DNA of 64,000 bases, taken from contig CAZFHY010000008.1 of assembly GCA_964519305.1 (NCBI GenBank), forward strand, positions 1 to 64,000. The letters are read 5' to 3'. Positions 26,926 to 36,337 of this stretch are shown here, in pieces (positions within the stretch are counted from its first letter, which is position 1; each line of letters begins with the position of its first letter). Below the pieces are notes generated by a model. The model made no database searches. It was not told the DNA's origin and saw only the letters and a program-made list of their open reading frames with translations. This stretch comes from Candidatus Undinarchaeota archaeon (lineage in GTDB: Archaea > SpSt-1190 > JASMDC01). A program made the translations under genes and the position numbers.

Positions 26926-27420
26926 TCACCCCTTCTTCTCATCGATCGGTGTTGGCGTGTCGCAGTACTGACATGCGCTCCTACCCGGTGGTATGGGTGC
27001 TCCGCATGAGGAGCACTTCGTCCGTCCGCTTCGCCGGAAGAACGCGATATCGGTACGTTCTTGTTCACGCACGTACCCGCCAAGGATGCCACCCAGGACG
27101 CCCAGGACGCCCATATAGGTGACTATTAGCGCAAGGATGATGAACCCGGCACTGCGAAGAAGATCGCCGATGACCGGGATGCCCGAAAGTACGCCAACGA
27201 TCATCTCGGAAAGAAGGTAGGCAGGGACGACCATGATGGCGGTCATGATAAGTGCCGTGACTATCCCGCCCCAAACGCCTTGTGCGGCCAGGTAACCCGC
27301 GGCGAAACCGCCGACAAGGGGCGCCAGCTCCTCAACGAACGGGACGAACAGGACGACGATGCATATCGCGACGCCGGCAAGAGCGCCTATCAACACATCC
27401 GAAACGCGCAAGCAATCCAC
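26926..27420 (-). CDS. DUF5518-like membrane protein with C-terminal zinc ribbon
   Basis: APLVGGFAAGYL TM motif; CSSCG...CQYC. Confidence 0.7.
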   Translation of the reverse strand: MDCLRVSDVLIGALAGVAICIVVLFVPFVEELAPLVGGFAAGYLAAQGVWGGIVTALIMTAIMVVPAYLLSEMIVGVLSGIPVIGDLLRSAGFIILALIVTYMGVLGVLGGILGGYVREQERTDIAFFRRSGRTKCSSCGAPIPPGRSACQYCDTPTPIDEKKG

Positions 27421-27421
27421 C

Positions 27422-28510
27422 TCAATCGAGGATGAAGCGACGACGCACGATCATCTGGACCACGGCCGTCCCTAGGATGACCACGAGGCCTACGGCAATA
27501 CTGGAGGCGACGCCCTGGACGCCTAGGTCCGGGTTCAGGATTGGCTCGGTGGCCTTCTGGGCCAAGAACGCGATCGTCACCGTATACACAACGAGCGTGA
27601 AGTACCGTAGCAGTCGTCCAGTGTCGGGTAGTGCGTCGATGGACTTGCCAAGGAGCGTGAAGATGACGGCTGCTGAGAACCACACGACCGCGCCGGCCAC
27701 GAACGAACCGGCGGCCTGCATTGGATCGGCCCCGCCACGCTCCATCTCGCTCAATCCCTGTGTGATAGAGAACAGGATCAGGACGATGGTGATCAGGTAG
27801 GTGATGAATGATATCCTTGCCTCGCGATAGGCGCTGAAGAACTCGGCGAAGAAGTCCTCCACGAAACGCTCCATGTGGAAACCCTTGAGGACGAGATAGG
27901 TACCAAGGACACCTGCGAGGATGCGTGAGCCCTCCCAGCCGTAGACGAAGAACACTAGCGCGGCCAGTCCCGGTACGCCTAGGAAGAGCGCGGACAGGTT
28001 TGGATCGAGCGTTGCCTTCTTGATGAACTCGGCCGTCATGTAGTAGAATCCCTCGAGGCGCTCGGACTGCTTGACGACCACGCGGTCGAGAGAGTCTATC
28101 TTCACCCTCGACTCCACCAGCGGAGTGACGTACTCATCCTCGGCACCGTCCGTCACGAGGATGACCGACTTGGCCTTGGTATGTGCGAGAACGTGATCGA
28201 GCTGGGCCGAGAGCTTCATGTCCGATGTCGTGCCCACTGAGACATCGCCAGTTATGGCCGCGATGAAGAACTTCGTTATGCCCTTCTTCCGCTGAGCGAG
28301 GTCCCTGTAGACGCGGACGCCCTCGAAGAGCGTGTTCGCATCGGTATCGCTGGGGTCAGCAAGGGCCAGTTTGACGGCGGCCTTGATCGTGTCCTCCTCA
28401 CCCATCACGGGCCCGTCGATCTCTGCCTTCCGGCCGAGGTCGTCGTCCCGGTCGATGACGAGTATAAGCCGAACGTCCTCCTCTGCCCCCTCCGTAGTAG
28501 AAGCGGCCAT
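27422..28510 (-). CDS. DUF373 family membrane protein
   Basis: IDRDDDLG.KA, LADP.D.DAN, DGAEDE and VVVKQS motifs. Confidence 0.9.
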   Translation of the reverse strand: MAASTTEGAEEDVRLILVIDRDDDLGRKAEIDGPVMGEEDTIKAAVKLALADPSDTDANTLFEGVRVYRDLAQRKKGITKFFIAAITGDVSVGTTSDMKLSAQLDHVLAHTKAKSVILVTDGAEDEYVTPLVESRVKIDSLDRVVVKQSERLEGFYYMTAEFIKKATLDPNLSALFLGVPGLAALVFFVYGWEGSRILAGVLGTYLVLKGFHMERFVEDFFAEFFSAYREARISFITYLITIVLILFSITQGLSEMERGGADPMQAAGSFVAGAVVWFSAAVIFTLLGKSIDALPDTGRLLRYFTLVVYTVTIAFLAQKATEPILNPDLGVQGVASSIAVGLVVILGTAVVQMIVRRRFILD

Positions 28511-28576
28511 CCGGGGCGCAATGTGCCGGGTGAAAGATATAAGTGTTGGCCTGCCCCGCTGCAGCCGGGATCCCTC

Positions 28577-29656
28577 ATGAGCACTGACATGGATACGCTC
28601 GTGGAAAGAATAGCCACAGAGTCCGACATGAGCGCCGACGAGGTGCGTGCAGCAATAGAGAAGAAGAAGAAGGAGCTTGCAGGCCTCGTGTCAGAGACCG
28701 GCGCCGCCCACATTGTCGCGAACGAGCTTGGGGTAAAGACCCTCGAGCGGGCGCGGCCTGCAGTGCGTTCGATCGGGGAACTGTCCGAGAACATGCGTGA
28801 GGCGGATATAATCGGACGGGTCGTCCGGGTCTTCCCGCCGCGCGAGTTCTCCCGCAAGGACGGATCCCTCGGACGTGTCGCCAACATAATCATCGGTGAT
28901 GAGACCGGGACCATCCGGGTCTCCTTCTGGGACAAGGGTGTCGAGGTCATCGACCACCACGGTCTGGAGGTCGGTACGCCCGTCAAGCTCGTCGGCGGAT
29001 TCATAAAGCGGGACAATCTGGACCGCATCGAGATGAGGTTCACCACGCGCTCACGAATCGTCGTGGATCCAAAGAACGTGGAGATCCCACCGCTAGAGAA
29101 GCTAGCTGGCGGGGGCTCTGGCGGCTCTGCTCCCGCACCTGCCCGACGCCTATTGCTCAGGGATGCTGTCCCGGGTGACGTCGTAAGGATCAGGGCGACA
29201 GTGGTGCAGCTCTTTGAGAACAATCCGCTGTACGAGGTGTGCCCGTCCTGCGGTAAACGCATCAGGGCCGACGTTAAGGGGAAGTTCGTATGCGCCGAGC
29301 ATGGAGAGCAGGAGCCTGCCTACAACATGGTGGTGTCCGCTACCGTGGACGACGGTACGAACTGTCTGCGTGCTGTGTTCTTCCGAGATAACGCCAGCGA
29401 CCTCCTGGGTCTTTCCGTGGACGACGTGCGTTCCGAAGGCGAGAAGGCGGGCGACATGGTCGCGGCCGTTTCGCATTCAGTCGGGACCCTCCTGGGACGC
29501 GAGCTCCTGCTCGAGGGACGTGTCCGTTTCAATGACATCAGCGACAGGAACGAGCTCATGGTCAATCGTATCTCGGACCCTAACGCCAAGGCCGAGGCCG
29601 AGGCACTCCTCACGGATCTTGAAGGGAGTACCGGCACGCCACCCTCTCCATCTTAA
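28577..29656 (+). CDS. rpa: replication protein A (OB folds and Zn finger)
   Basis: [28 protein letters not shown]...CAEH and DDGT motifs. Confidence 0.92.
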   Translation: MSTDMDTLVERIATESDMSADEVRAAIEKKKKELAGLVSETGAAHIVANELGVKTLERARPAVRSIGELSENMREADIIGRVVRVFPPREFSRKDGSLGRVANIIIGDETGTIRVSFWDKGVEVIDHHGLEVGTPVKLVGGFIKRDNLDRIEMRFTTRSRIVVDPKNVEIPPLEKLAGGGSGGSAPAPARRLLLRDAVPGDVVRIRATVVQLFENNPLYEVCPSCGKRIRADVKGKFVCAEHGEQEPAYNMVVSATVDDGTNCLRAVFFRDNASDLLGLSVDDVRSEGEKAGDMVAAVSHSVGTLLGRELLLEGRVRFNDISDRNELMVNRISDPNAKAEAEALLTDLEGSTGTPPSPS

Positions 29657-29682
29657 TAATACTTGGGCGGGTGTATTGTATC

Positions 29683-30624
29683 ATGGACCCCACGATAGAG
29701 GATCTTCCGGGCATCGGACCGAAGACCGCAGAGAAGCTCCGCGAGGTCGGATACATCGACGTGCTCGCCATTGCTGCCGCTTCTAGTGGCGAACTGATGG
29801 CCGCTGCAGAGATGGGCGAATCCCTTGCCATGAAGGTCATCAACGCTGCGCGACAGGTACTGGACATTGGTTTTGAGACCGGGCTTGATGTCCTCGCGAA
29901 GCGTAAGAAGGTGGTCAAGGTCACCACCATGTCCACGCAGGTGGACGAGCTCCTTGGGGGTGGGGTCCAGTCGCAGGCGATAACCGAGGTCCACGGCCCA
30001 TTCGGCTCGGGGAAGAGCCAGATCGCCTTCCAGCTCGCAGTCAGTGCGCAGCTCCCTCCGGAAAAGGGTGGCGTGAACGGCCATGTCGCCTTCATCGACA
30101 CCGAGAACACGTTCAGGCCCGAGCGCATAATGGGCATAGCGGAAGCACTGGGGCTCGATCCCGAAGAAGTGCTGGGTCACATCCATATAGCACGTGCATT
30201 CAACTCGGACCATCAGATGTTCATGGCCGACAAGGTCGAGGAGCTCATCACCAAGGACGAGATCCCCATCAAGGTTATCATCGTGGACTCCCTCACAGCG
30301 CATTTCCGTGCGGAATATGCTGGTCGAGGGAAGCTGGCAGAGCGCCAGCAGAAGCTCAACCGACTCCTCCACAACCTCCAGCGAATGGCCGATATACACA
30401 ATCTCGTCGTGTTCGTCACCAACCAGGTGATGTCCAAGCCCGATGTGTTCTTCGGACCGACCATGGAGGCCATCGGAGGTAACATAGTGGGCCATGCGGC
30501 CACGTACCGGCTCTTCCTGCGAAGAGGGAAGGGCGGGAAGCGTGTGGCACGGCTCATCGATTCACCGGACCTGCCTGAGGGCGAGGCTATCTACTCGCTC
30601 ACACCTGAGGGGGTCCGCGACTAG
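29683..30624 (+). CDS. radA: DNA repair and recombination protein RadA
   Basis: LPGIGP Hh[21 protein letters not shown] and AERQQKL motifs. Confidence 0.97.
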   Translation: MDPTIEDLPGIGPKTAEKLREVGYIDVLAIAAASSGELMAAAEMGESLAMKVINAARQVLDIGFETGLDVLAKRKKVVKVTTMSTQVDELLGGGVQSQAITEVHGPFGSGKSQIAFQLAVSAQLPPEKGGVNGHVAFIDTENTFRPERIMGIAEALGLDPEEVLGHIHIARAFNSDHQMFMADKVEELITKDEIPIKVIIVDSLTAHFRAEYAGRGKLAERQQKLNRLLHNLQRMADIHNLVVFVTNQVMSKPDVFFGPTMEAIGGNIVGHAATYRLFLRRGKGGKRVARLIDSPDLPEGEAIYSLTPEGVRD

Positions 30625-30634
30625 GGGTCGACAG

Positions 30635-31303
30635 GTGATCATTGGCCTCCTTGCGGACATTCACGGTAATATCCATGCACTGGAGGCCGTTCTGGCTGAC
30701 CTGAAATGCGACGAGATATTGTGTCTTGGCGACCTTGTAGGGTATGGTGCATCCCCCGGAGAGGTCGTGGACCTGGTCCGGGACGAGGGCATCAAGTGTA
30801 TCAAGGGGAACCATGACGATGCAGTGGTAAGGGGGGACTTCAAATGGTTCAATCCCAGTGCTGCAACCGCAGGACGGTGGACCCGGAACCTGATAGGTAC
30901 CGAACGACGTATCTATCTCGAACGGCTCCCTGAGACACTGGAACTCCATGGCGTGGCGCTCGTCCACGGATCGCCCATCAATCCGCTCCATGAGTACGTG
31001 GACCCCGGATGTAAGGAGTCCCGGCTCAGGAAGTTCCTTGAGATGACGTCCACCCGGGCGCTCTTTGTGGCCCATACACATCATCAGTTCATACGGAGGA
31101 TCGGAGGCGGGTACGTGGCCAATCCCGGATCAGTGGGGCAGCCCCGGGACGGGAATTGGCATGCTGCGTACGGGCTGCTCGACACCGAGTCATTGAAGTT
31201 ACGGATGAAGAGGGTCCGATATGATGTCAAGGCGGCAGCACGCGCGATCCGCGATGCAGGATTGCCGAACGCAATAGCACTAAGGCTATTCGAGAGTATG
31301 TGA
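30635..31303 (+). CDS. metallophosphoesterase (calcineurin-like)
   Basis: DIHGN, GDLVGYG, GNHD, HTH and NPGSVGQPRDG motifs. Confidence 0.92.
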   Translation: MIIGLLADIHGNIHALEAVLADLKCDEILCLGDLVGYGASPGEVVDLVRDEGIKCIKGNHDDAVVRGDFKWFNPSAATAGRWTRNLIGTERRIYLERLPETLELHGVALVHGSPINPLHEYVDPGCKESRLRKFLEMTSTRALFVAHTHHQFIRRIGGGYVANPGSVGQPRDGNWHAAYGLLDTESLKLRMKRVRYDVKAAARAIRDAGLPNAIALRLFESM

Positions 31304-31350
31304 AGAATGGAAATGGTCGGGGCCTTGCGACCCCGGACCGTGAACACTGA

Positions 31351-31551
31351 CTACCTGGTGGCCAGTTTGATGTCCTTGGACATCACGGTCTTACGACCGC
31401 TGTGTTGAGCTATCTGGAACGCACGCTTGGAGATGTCCGCACCGAACTCTTCGAGGTTCTCAATCATGAAGTCGACAGCGTCGACGCTCACGCGCTGGGC
31501 GCCGGCGTTCTTCATTACCCGAGCGATGGCAGCATGTGGCAGTTCTGTCAT
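31351..31551 (-). CDS. archaeal histone (HMf/HMt family)
   Basis: ELP.AAIAR.MKNAGA.RVS and HSGRKTV...DIKLA motifs. Confidence 0.95.
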   Translation of the reverse strand: MTELPHAAIARVMKNAGAQRVSVDAVDFMIENLEEFGADISKRAFQIAQHSGRKTVMSKDIKLATR

Positions 31552-31677
31552 ATGTCTCACCTTGTGCCTGAGGAGAGGGTAACTAATATAATGCTATTGC
31601 ATGGCCCTGGGCCAGCAATCGTCCGCGCCCGCACACCTTTTTAAATATCGACCTACACTCCGGTCGCGGGACTACTC

Positions 31678-32451
31678 ATGGGAAAAAAACTCCGACTCTC
31701 TCGCATCAGCGCCAACGGGCGATTCGTAACAGTACCTATGGACCACGGTGTGTCTATGGGCCCTATCGCGGGCATTGTCGATCCACTTTCGACCGTCTAC
31801 TCGGTCGCCGAGGCGGGAGCCACGGCCGTGTTCCTCCACAAGGGACTAGCTCGACTGATGACGACGGCACCTTGCGGCCTCATCGTCCATCTTTCTGCAT
31901 CCACTTCGATGGCCAGCGATCCACATGCGAAGGTCCTTGTGGGCGGGGTCGAAGATGCCATGCGCCTTGGTGCCGATGCGGTCTCCATACACGTCAACGT
32001 GGGAGCCAACACCGAGGACGAGATGCTCGCGGACCTGGGGATAGTATCATCGACCTGCGAGGAGTGGGGTATGCCCTTAGTGGCCATGATGTACCCGCGA
32101 GGACCTGGGATCGACGATCCGTTCGATCCGGAGCTCGTAGCCCATGCTGCCCGGCTCGGAGCCGAACTGGGTGCCGACGTGATCAAGACATCATACACAG
32201 GGGATGCCGACTCGTTCGCGAAGGTGATCGATGGGTGTCCCGTCCCGATCATCATAGCGGGGGGTCCGCGTTGCGATACTCCTCGCGACACTCTGGAGAT
32301 GGTCCGGGGGGCGCTCGATGCAGGTTCACAGGGTATAGCGTTCGGAAGGAACGTGTTCGGTTGTGACGATCCAGGCGCCATGGTCCGTGCATTGCGAGCC
32401 ATTATCGTCGATGACGTGAGCGTCGATGAAGGTCTGGAGGTCATGGGATGA
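31678..32451 (+). CDS. ADH synthase / class I aldolase (archaeal AroA')
   Basis: VPMDHG, HLSAST, MMYPRG, AELGADVIKT and AGGP motifs; coupled to DHQ synthase II. Confidence 0.88.
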   Translation: MGKKLRLSRISANGRFVTVPMDHGVSMGPIAGIVDPLSTVYSVAEAGATAVFLHKGLARLMTTAPCGLIVHLSASTSMASDPHAKVLVGGVEDAMRLGADAVSIHVNVGANTEDEMLADLGIVSSTCEEWGMPLVAMMYPRGPGIDDPFDPELVAHAARLGAELGADVIKTSYTGDADSFAKVIDGCPVPIIIAGGPRCDTPRDTLEMVRGALDAGSQGIAFGRNVFGCDDPGAMVRALRAIIVDDVSVDEGLEVMG

Positions 32452-33458
32452 AGGAGCTATGGGCCCTTCTCCAGCCGGATGAGGCCTGGATCAGAGCGGT
32501 CCGTGAACTAGGTGTGACCACTTTCCTCGCCCTTGGTGACGATGTGAAATGGGCGCTCGAGCACCGTGAAGCTCTCGGTATTACCGTTGCCGCACCGGAC
32601 CCCGATGCTGACCTGCTCGTGACCACGGACCCTGCCAAGTCCGCAGGTGGCGTACTCTATGTCAAGCTCTCAAGTTCCGATGACCTGAAGATACTGGAGA
32701 ACAGTGAGGCGTCCACGGTCATCGTCGAGGCGTCCGACTGGCGGGTCATCCCGCTCGAAAACCTGATCGCGTCCTCCCTCCGCGTGCTGGGCGTGGTCTC
32801 AGGCGTCGAGGAGGCCCGGCTGTTCGCCACCATCCTTGAGAAGGGGGTCGACGGACTCGTGGCCCGTGACGAGATCGAGGCCATACGTGATATGCTGAGC
32901 GACCAGGCCCGTCACATCGAGCTCGCGCCCGTTGAGATCTCCGAAGTGAGGGAGATCGGTGAGGGGGATCGTGTGTGCATCGACACATGCTCTATCCTTG
33001 AGCCGGGCGAGGGCGCTCTCGTGGGTAACCAGGGCGCCTGCCTTTTCCTCGTGCACGCCGAGAACGTCGAGAACCCATACATCGCAACGCGACCGTTCAG
33101 AGTGAACGCCGGACCGGTCCATGAGTACGTTCTCGTGGGCGACCGTACACGCTACCTCTCCGAGCTAGAGGCCGGTGAGCCGTTATTGGTCGTCAGGACC
33201 GACGGAGCTACCCGCATCGTCACCGTTGGCAGGTCAAAGATCGAGCGTCGCCCACTGGTGCTTGTCGTGGCGAAGATGGGTGATGTTCCTGCAAAGACGG
33301 TCCTCCAGAACGCCGAGACCGTAAGGCTCGTGCGGCCTGACGGGAGCCTTGTGCCCGTGACCGAGCTGAAGGCCGGTGACGAGGTGCTCACCTATCGCGA
33401 GGCACCTAAGGGGCGACATTTCGGTATGGCCGTTGAAGAGACCATCGTGGAGCGGTGA
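32448..33458 (+). CDS. 3-dehydroquinate synthase II (archaeal AroB')
   Basis: DW.VIPLEN, GDRVCIDTCS, RPFRVNAG, QNAETVRL and GRHFG motifs. Confidence 0.93.
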   Translation: MKELWALLQPDEAWIRAVRELGVTTFLALGDDVKWALEHREALGITVAAPDPDADLLVTTDPAKSAGGVLYVKLSSSDDLKILENSEASTVIVEASDWRVIPLENLIASSLRVLGVVSGVEEARLFATILEKGVDGLVARDEIEAIRDMLSDQARHIELAPVEISEVREIGEGDRVCIDTCSILEPGEGALVGNQGACLFLVHAENVENPYIATRPFRVNAGPVHEYVLVGDRTRYLSELEAGEPLLVVRTDGATRIVTVGRSKIERRPLVLVVAKMGDVPAKTVLQNAETVRLVRPDGSLVPVTELKAGDEVLTYREAPKGRHFGMAVEETIVER

Positions 33459-33459
33459 C

Positions 33460-34731
33460 ATGGACGCGGTCGTGCGACCGGGCGAGGTGACCGGGAGCAT
33501 CACGGCCCCTTCGTCGAAGAGCATCAGCCATCGTGCCCTCGTTCGTGCCCTCCTTGTCCGGGGTCAGTCGACCTTACGGAACCTGAGCCGGTGCGCGGAC
33601 GTCCTGGCCACACTGGAGGCCTGTCGTGCCTTTGGAGCGGAGATCGTGGACGACAATGATCTGATAACGCTGAGCGGGTGCGGGCGCGAACTGAACGTCC
33701 CTGAGGGGACGATCGACTGCGCGAACTCGGGGACGACCCTTCGCTTTTTCACTGTCGCCGGATGTCTGGCACCGGGAGCCGTACGGCTCACAGGGGACAG
33801 TTCTCTGGTACGGCGTCCGATGGAGCCGTTGCTCAAAGCGCTCAGGGAACTGGGTGCTGAAGCTAGCAGGGACGCGGACGGCACCGTCATAGTCCGGGGC
33901 CCATTAAGGCCGGGTTCGACCACATTGGACGCCACGGCGAGTTCCCAGTACCTCTCAGCACTGCTCCTCGTGCTCCCTGTGCTGGAAGGAGAATGGCGGA
34001 TAGACCTTGCAGGACCTTTAGCATCCCGCGGGTACGTCGACCTGACGCTCGAGGCCCTGGACGATCCTTCGTACGCAGGGCTTGATGATGGCGGGGCTTT
34101 TATCGAGGGCGGGGTCGACTATCGGCCCATCGAACGGACGATCGAGGGCGACTGGTCCGCTGCAGCTTTCCCTGTGGCGGCCGGTCTCCTGGGTGGCGAT
34201 GTCCGTGTCAAGGGCCTCGTGAAATCGTCCCGACAACCGGACAGGGCACTTCTGGAGCTCATCGACCTCTTGAACGGCGATGTCTCGTGGGATGGTGACA
34301 CCCTCATCGCCCGAAGGTCCGAGCTCAATGGTGCCGACCTGGACGTGTCCGACACACCTGACCTCTTCCCTGCGGTCCTCCTGCTCGCAGCACGCGCTCG
34401 GGGTACGACCACTATTACCGGCACTGCCCGTCTGCGGTACAAGGAGTCGGACCGCGTTTCCACATGCACTGACGTGCTCAGGGCCATGGGCGCCGATATC
34501 GCCGTCGGTGATGACCGTGTTGTCGTAAGAGGTGTGCCCTCCCTCCGGGGTGCCGACGTGACCTCGCATGGGGACCATCGCGTCGCCATGATGGCCGTCA
34601 TGGCGGGGCTCGGCGCTACCGGTACCACGACGGTCCAGAACATGGACTGTGTGGATGTGTCCTGGCCCGGGTTCCCCGAGGCCGTGAAGGAGCTTGGGGG
34701 ACAGGTGAGGATTACCGCTCCTCTTCCCTGA
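33460..34731 (+). CDS. aroA: EPSP synthase (3-phosphoshikimate 1-carboxyvinyltransferase)
   Basis: SKSISHRA, NSGTTLRF, SSQYLS, KESDR and DHRVAM motifs. Confidence 0.95.
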   Translation: MDAVVRPGEVTGSITAPSSKSISHRALVRALLVRGQSTLRNLSRCADVLATLEACRAFGAEIVDDNDLITLSGCGRELNVPEGTIDCANSGTTLRFFTVAGCLAPGAVRLTGDSSLVRRPMEPLLKALRELGAEASRDADGTVIVRGPLRPGSTTLDATASSQYLSALLLVLPVLEGEWRIDLAGPLASRGYVDLTLEALDDPSYAGLDDGGAFIEGGVDYRPIERTIEGDWSAAAFPVAAGLLGGDVRVKGLVKSSRQPDRALLELIDLLNGDVSWDGDTLIARRSELNGADLDVSDTPDLFPAVLLLAARARGTTTITGTARLRYKESDRVSTCTDVLRAMGADIAVGDDRVVVRGVPSLRGADVTSHGDHRVAMMAVMAGLGATGTTTVQNMDCVDVSWPGFPEAVKELGGQVRITAPLP

Positions 34732-35152
34732 ACCGCTGTCGCCGTGGAAGCTCGAGCTCCCTGTCGAGCTCGTTCGCGATCTCCTGCATGTTCTCGAACA
34801 TCCGCTGTACATCATGCTGGAGCTCGATGAGGGTACGTTGGAGGTTGTTCCTCCTGAGAAGATAACGGTTCTTCTTCCGCTCGACGATGCCGCTCTGGAG
34901 AAGGTGGTTGAGGTGGTGGACAATGCTCGTCCTTGAGAGACCGAACTCTTCCACGAGCTCTGAACTGGTCACTCCGGAGCCGTCCTGAGTGGTGATGATG
35001 ACCCGCTTGAACACCCGCATGCAGGTCTTGTCCCTGTCCTTGGGTCCGCAGAGACCGAGCGCTTCGCACATCCACTCGAGGTCCTCATCGATGCTTGGCT
35101 CGACCGGCAACCGCTTGCGATAGATGACGATGCGTTCTTCCAACATGGACAC
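34712..35152 (-). CDS. ArsR-like winged-helix transcriptional regulator
   Basis: SSEL...GLSR.SI.HHL..L..SGIV; divergent from hsp20. Confidence 0.85.
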   Translation of the reverse strand: MSMLEERIVIYRKRLPVEPSIDEDLEWMCEALGLCGPKDRDKTCMRVFKRVIITTQDGSGVTSSELVEEFGLSRTSIVHHLNHLLQSGIVERKKNRYLLRRNNLQRTLIELQHDVQRMFENMQEIANELDRELELPRRQRFREEER

Positions 35153-35306
35153 CTGCTTTCTTTCTCTTATGTTAAAATAGGTACAACTTATATAAAAGTT
35201 TTTTTATCAGCAATGATTATTAACATTTTTTAGTTAACCTATGTTTTGATAGGCAAAAACCCTTAGTAAAGTTTAAATATTGGAGTGAACTAAATATCCT
35301 ATGATA

Positions 35307-35327
35307 TGTAAACAATGTTTGTTTACA
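35307..35327. promoter_or_regulatory. inverted repeat TGTAAACA-N5-TGTTTACA upstream of hsp20
   Basis: lies between TTTAAATA (~35272) and the AGGTGA RBS in an AT-rich divergent intergenic region. Confidence 0.55.
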
Positions 35328-35338
35328 AGGTGATAGAA

Positions 35339-35794
35339 TTGGTGTTGTATTGGAGACCATTCAAGGACATGCGAAGGATGCAAGCGGACATGGACCGTAT
35401 CTTCGGGGGCACCCTGCTCCTTACCGAGGAATCGGGTAAGGATGGTGGGCTAGTCTCTGCAGGTGAGCGGTTCCGGAACCCTCATGCAACCCTTCGCGAG
35501 ACCGACGAGGGCTTTGAGGTAACGGCCGAGGTGCCGGGCGCTTCGAAGGAGGACATCGACCTTCAGGTCAATCCAGACTCCCTCGTCATAAAGACCGATA
35601 AGAATGAGGTGAAAGAGGAAACGAGCGATGAGGGGACATCACGGTACAGCTCGTACCGAGGTTTCTACAAGGCTATCGGCTTCCCTGTTTCGATCGATCC
35701 GGAGAAGGCCAAGGCTTCGTACGAGAACGGTGTCCTCAAGGTCACTGTACCTCGACTCGCCGAGTCCAAGGGGCGCAAGCTTCTTATCGAGTGA
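35339..35794 (+). CDS. small heat-shock protein Hsp20
   Basis: alpha-crystallin motifs AEVPG..KEDI and A.ASYENGVL.V; TTG start after AGGTGA (ATG 35315 is the alternative). Confidence 0.93.
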   Translation: MVLYWRPFKDMRRMQADMDRIFGGTLLLTEESGKDGGLVSAGERFRNPHATLRETDEGFEVTAEVPGASKEDIDLQVNPDSLVIKTDKNEVKEETSDEGTSRYSSYRGFYKAIGFPVSIDPEKAKASYENGVLKVTVPRLAESKGRKLLIE

Positions 35795-35857
35795 GAGGCG
35801 CGCTCCTATCTCCATTATCATGATAGACCATGACCAAAAACACTGCCTTCCCAACCT

Positions 35858-35925
35858 GGAGCGGGGCCGCTACCACTGTCACTCCTTTTCATGTGCCCCG
35901 CTCCTCCCCTTTTCTCCTGTTTTTA
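35858..35925 (+). terminator. 10-bp stem GGAGCGGGGC/GCCCCGCTCC plus pyrimidine tract
   Basis: inverted repeat 35858-35867 / 35895-35904 downstream of hsp20. Confidence 0.4.
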
Positions 35926-36001
35926 CGTGGCAGGGGGGGCGCCGCGCCAGGCAAACGCTTAAGTATTTGCCACGCCTCCCGGCACGTTCTCGGTGAACCC
36001 G

Positions 36002-36166
36002 ATGCCAATCAAGAAGGAACTATTGGAAATCCTCGTCTGTCCGCTCTGTAAGAACAAGGTGAAGATCGTCGGATCGGACAAGCTTATCTGTACGAACGAT
36101 GAGTGTGGAACGATCTATCCGATAGAGGATGGCATCCCTAACATGCTACCGCCTGACCTTCGGTAG
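36002..36166 (+). CDS. Trm112-family methyltransferase activator (54 aa, absent from the ORF track)
   Basis: translated by hand: MPIKKELLEILVCPLCKNKVKIVGSDKLICTNDECGTIYPIEDGIPNMLPPDLR. Confidence 0.9.
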   Translation: MPIKKELLEILVCPLCKNKVKIVGSDKLICTNDECGTIYPIEDGIPNMLPPDLR

Positions 36167-36178
36167 GAAGGGCATAGT

Positions 36179-36294
36179 GCCGGGGTGGCAGAGCGGCTAA
36201 ATGCGCGGGTCTTGAAAACCCGTGGACGCGAGTCCTCCTGGGTTCAAAGTGCAACGGGGAATCCCCCCGTCGTATGAAAGTCCCAGCCCCGGCG
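36179..36294 (+). tRNA. tRNA-Ser(TGA) with 32-nt T-loop intron (36249-36280)
   Basis: GCCGGGG/CCCCGGC acceptor, CGGGT-CTTGAAA-ACCCG anticodon arm, long variable arm, BHB with TTCA/TGAA helix and AAG/AGT bulges. Confidence 0.93.
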
Positions 36295-36337
36295 CCTCAC
36301 CCTTCTTCGGGTCATCGGGTGATATGGAGGCACTGAC

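Noticed and set aside
36179-36294. Selenocysteine or suppressor tRNA
   Set aside because: The anticodon is TGA (reads UCA, Ser), not TCA, and the acceptor stem is a normal 7 bp.
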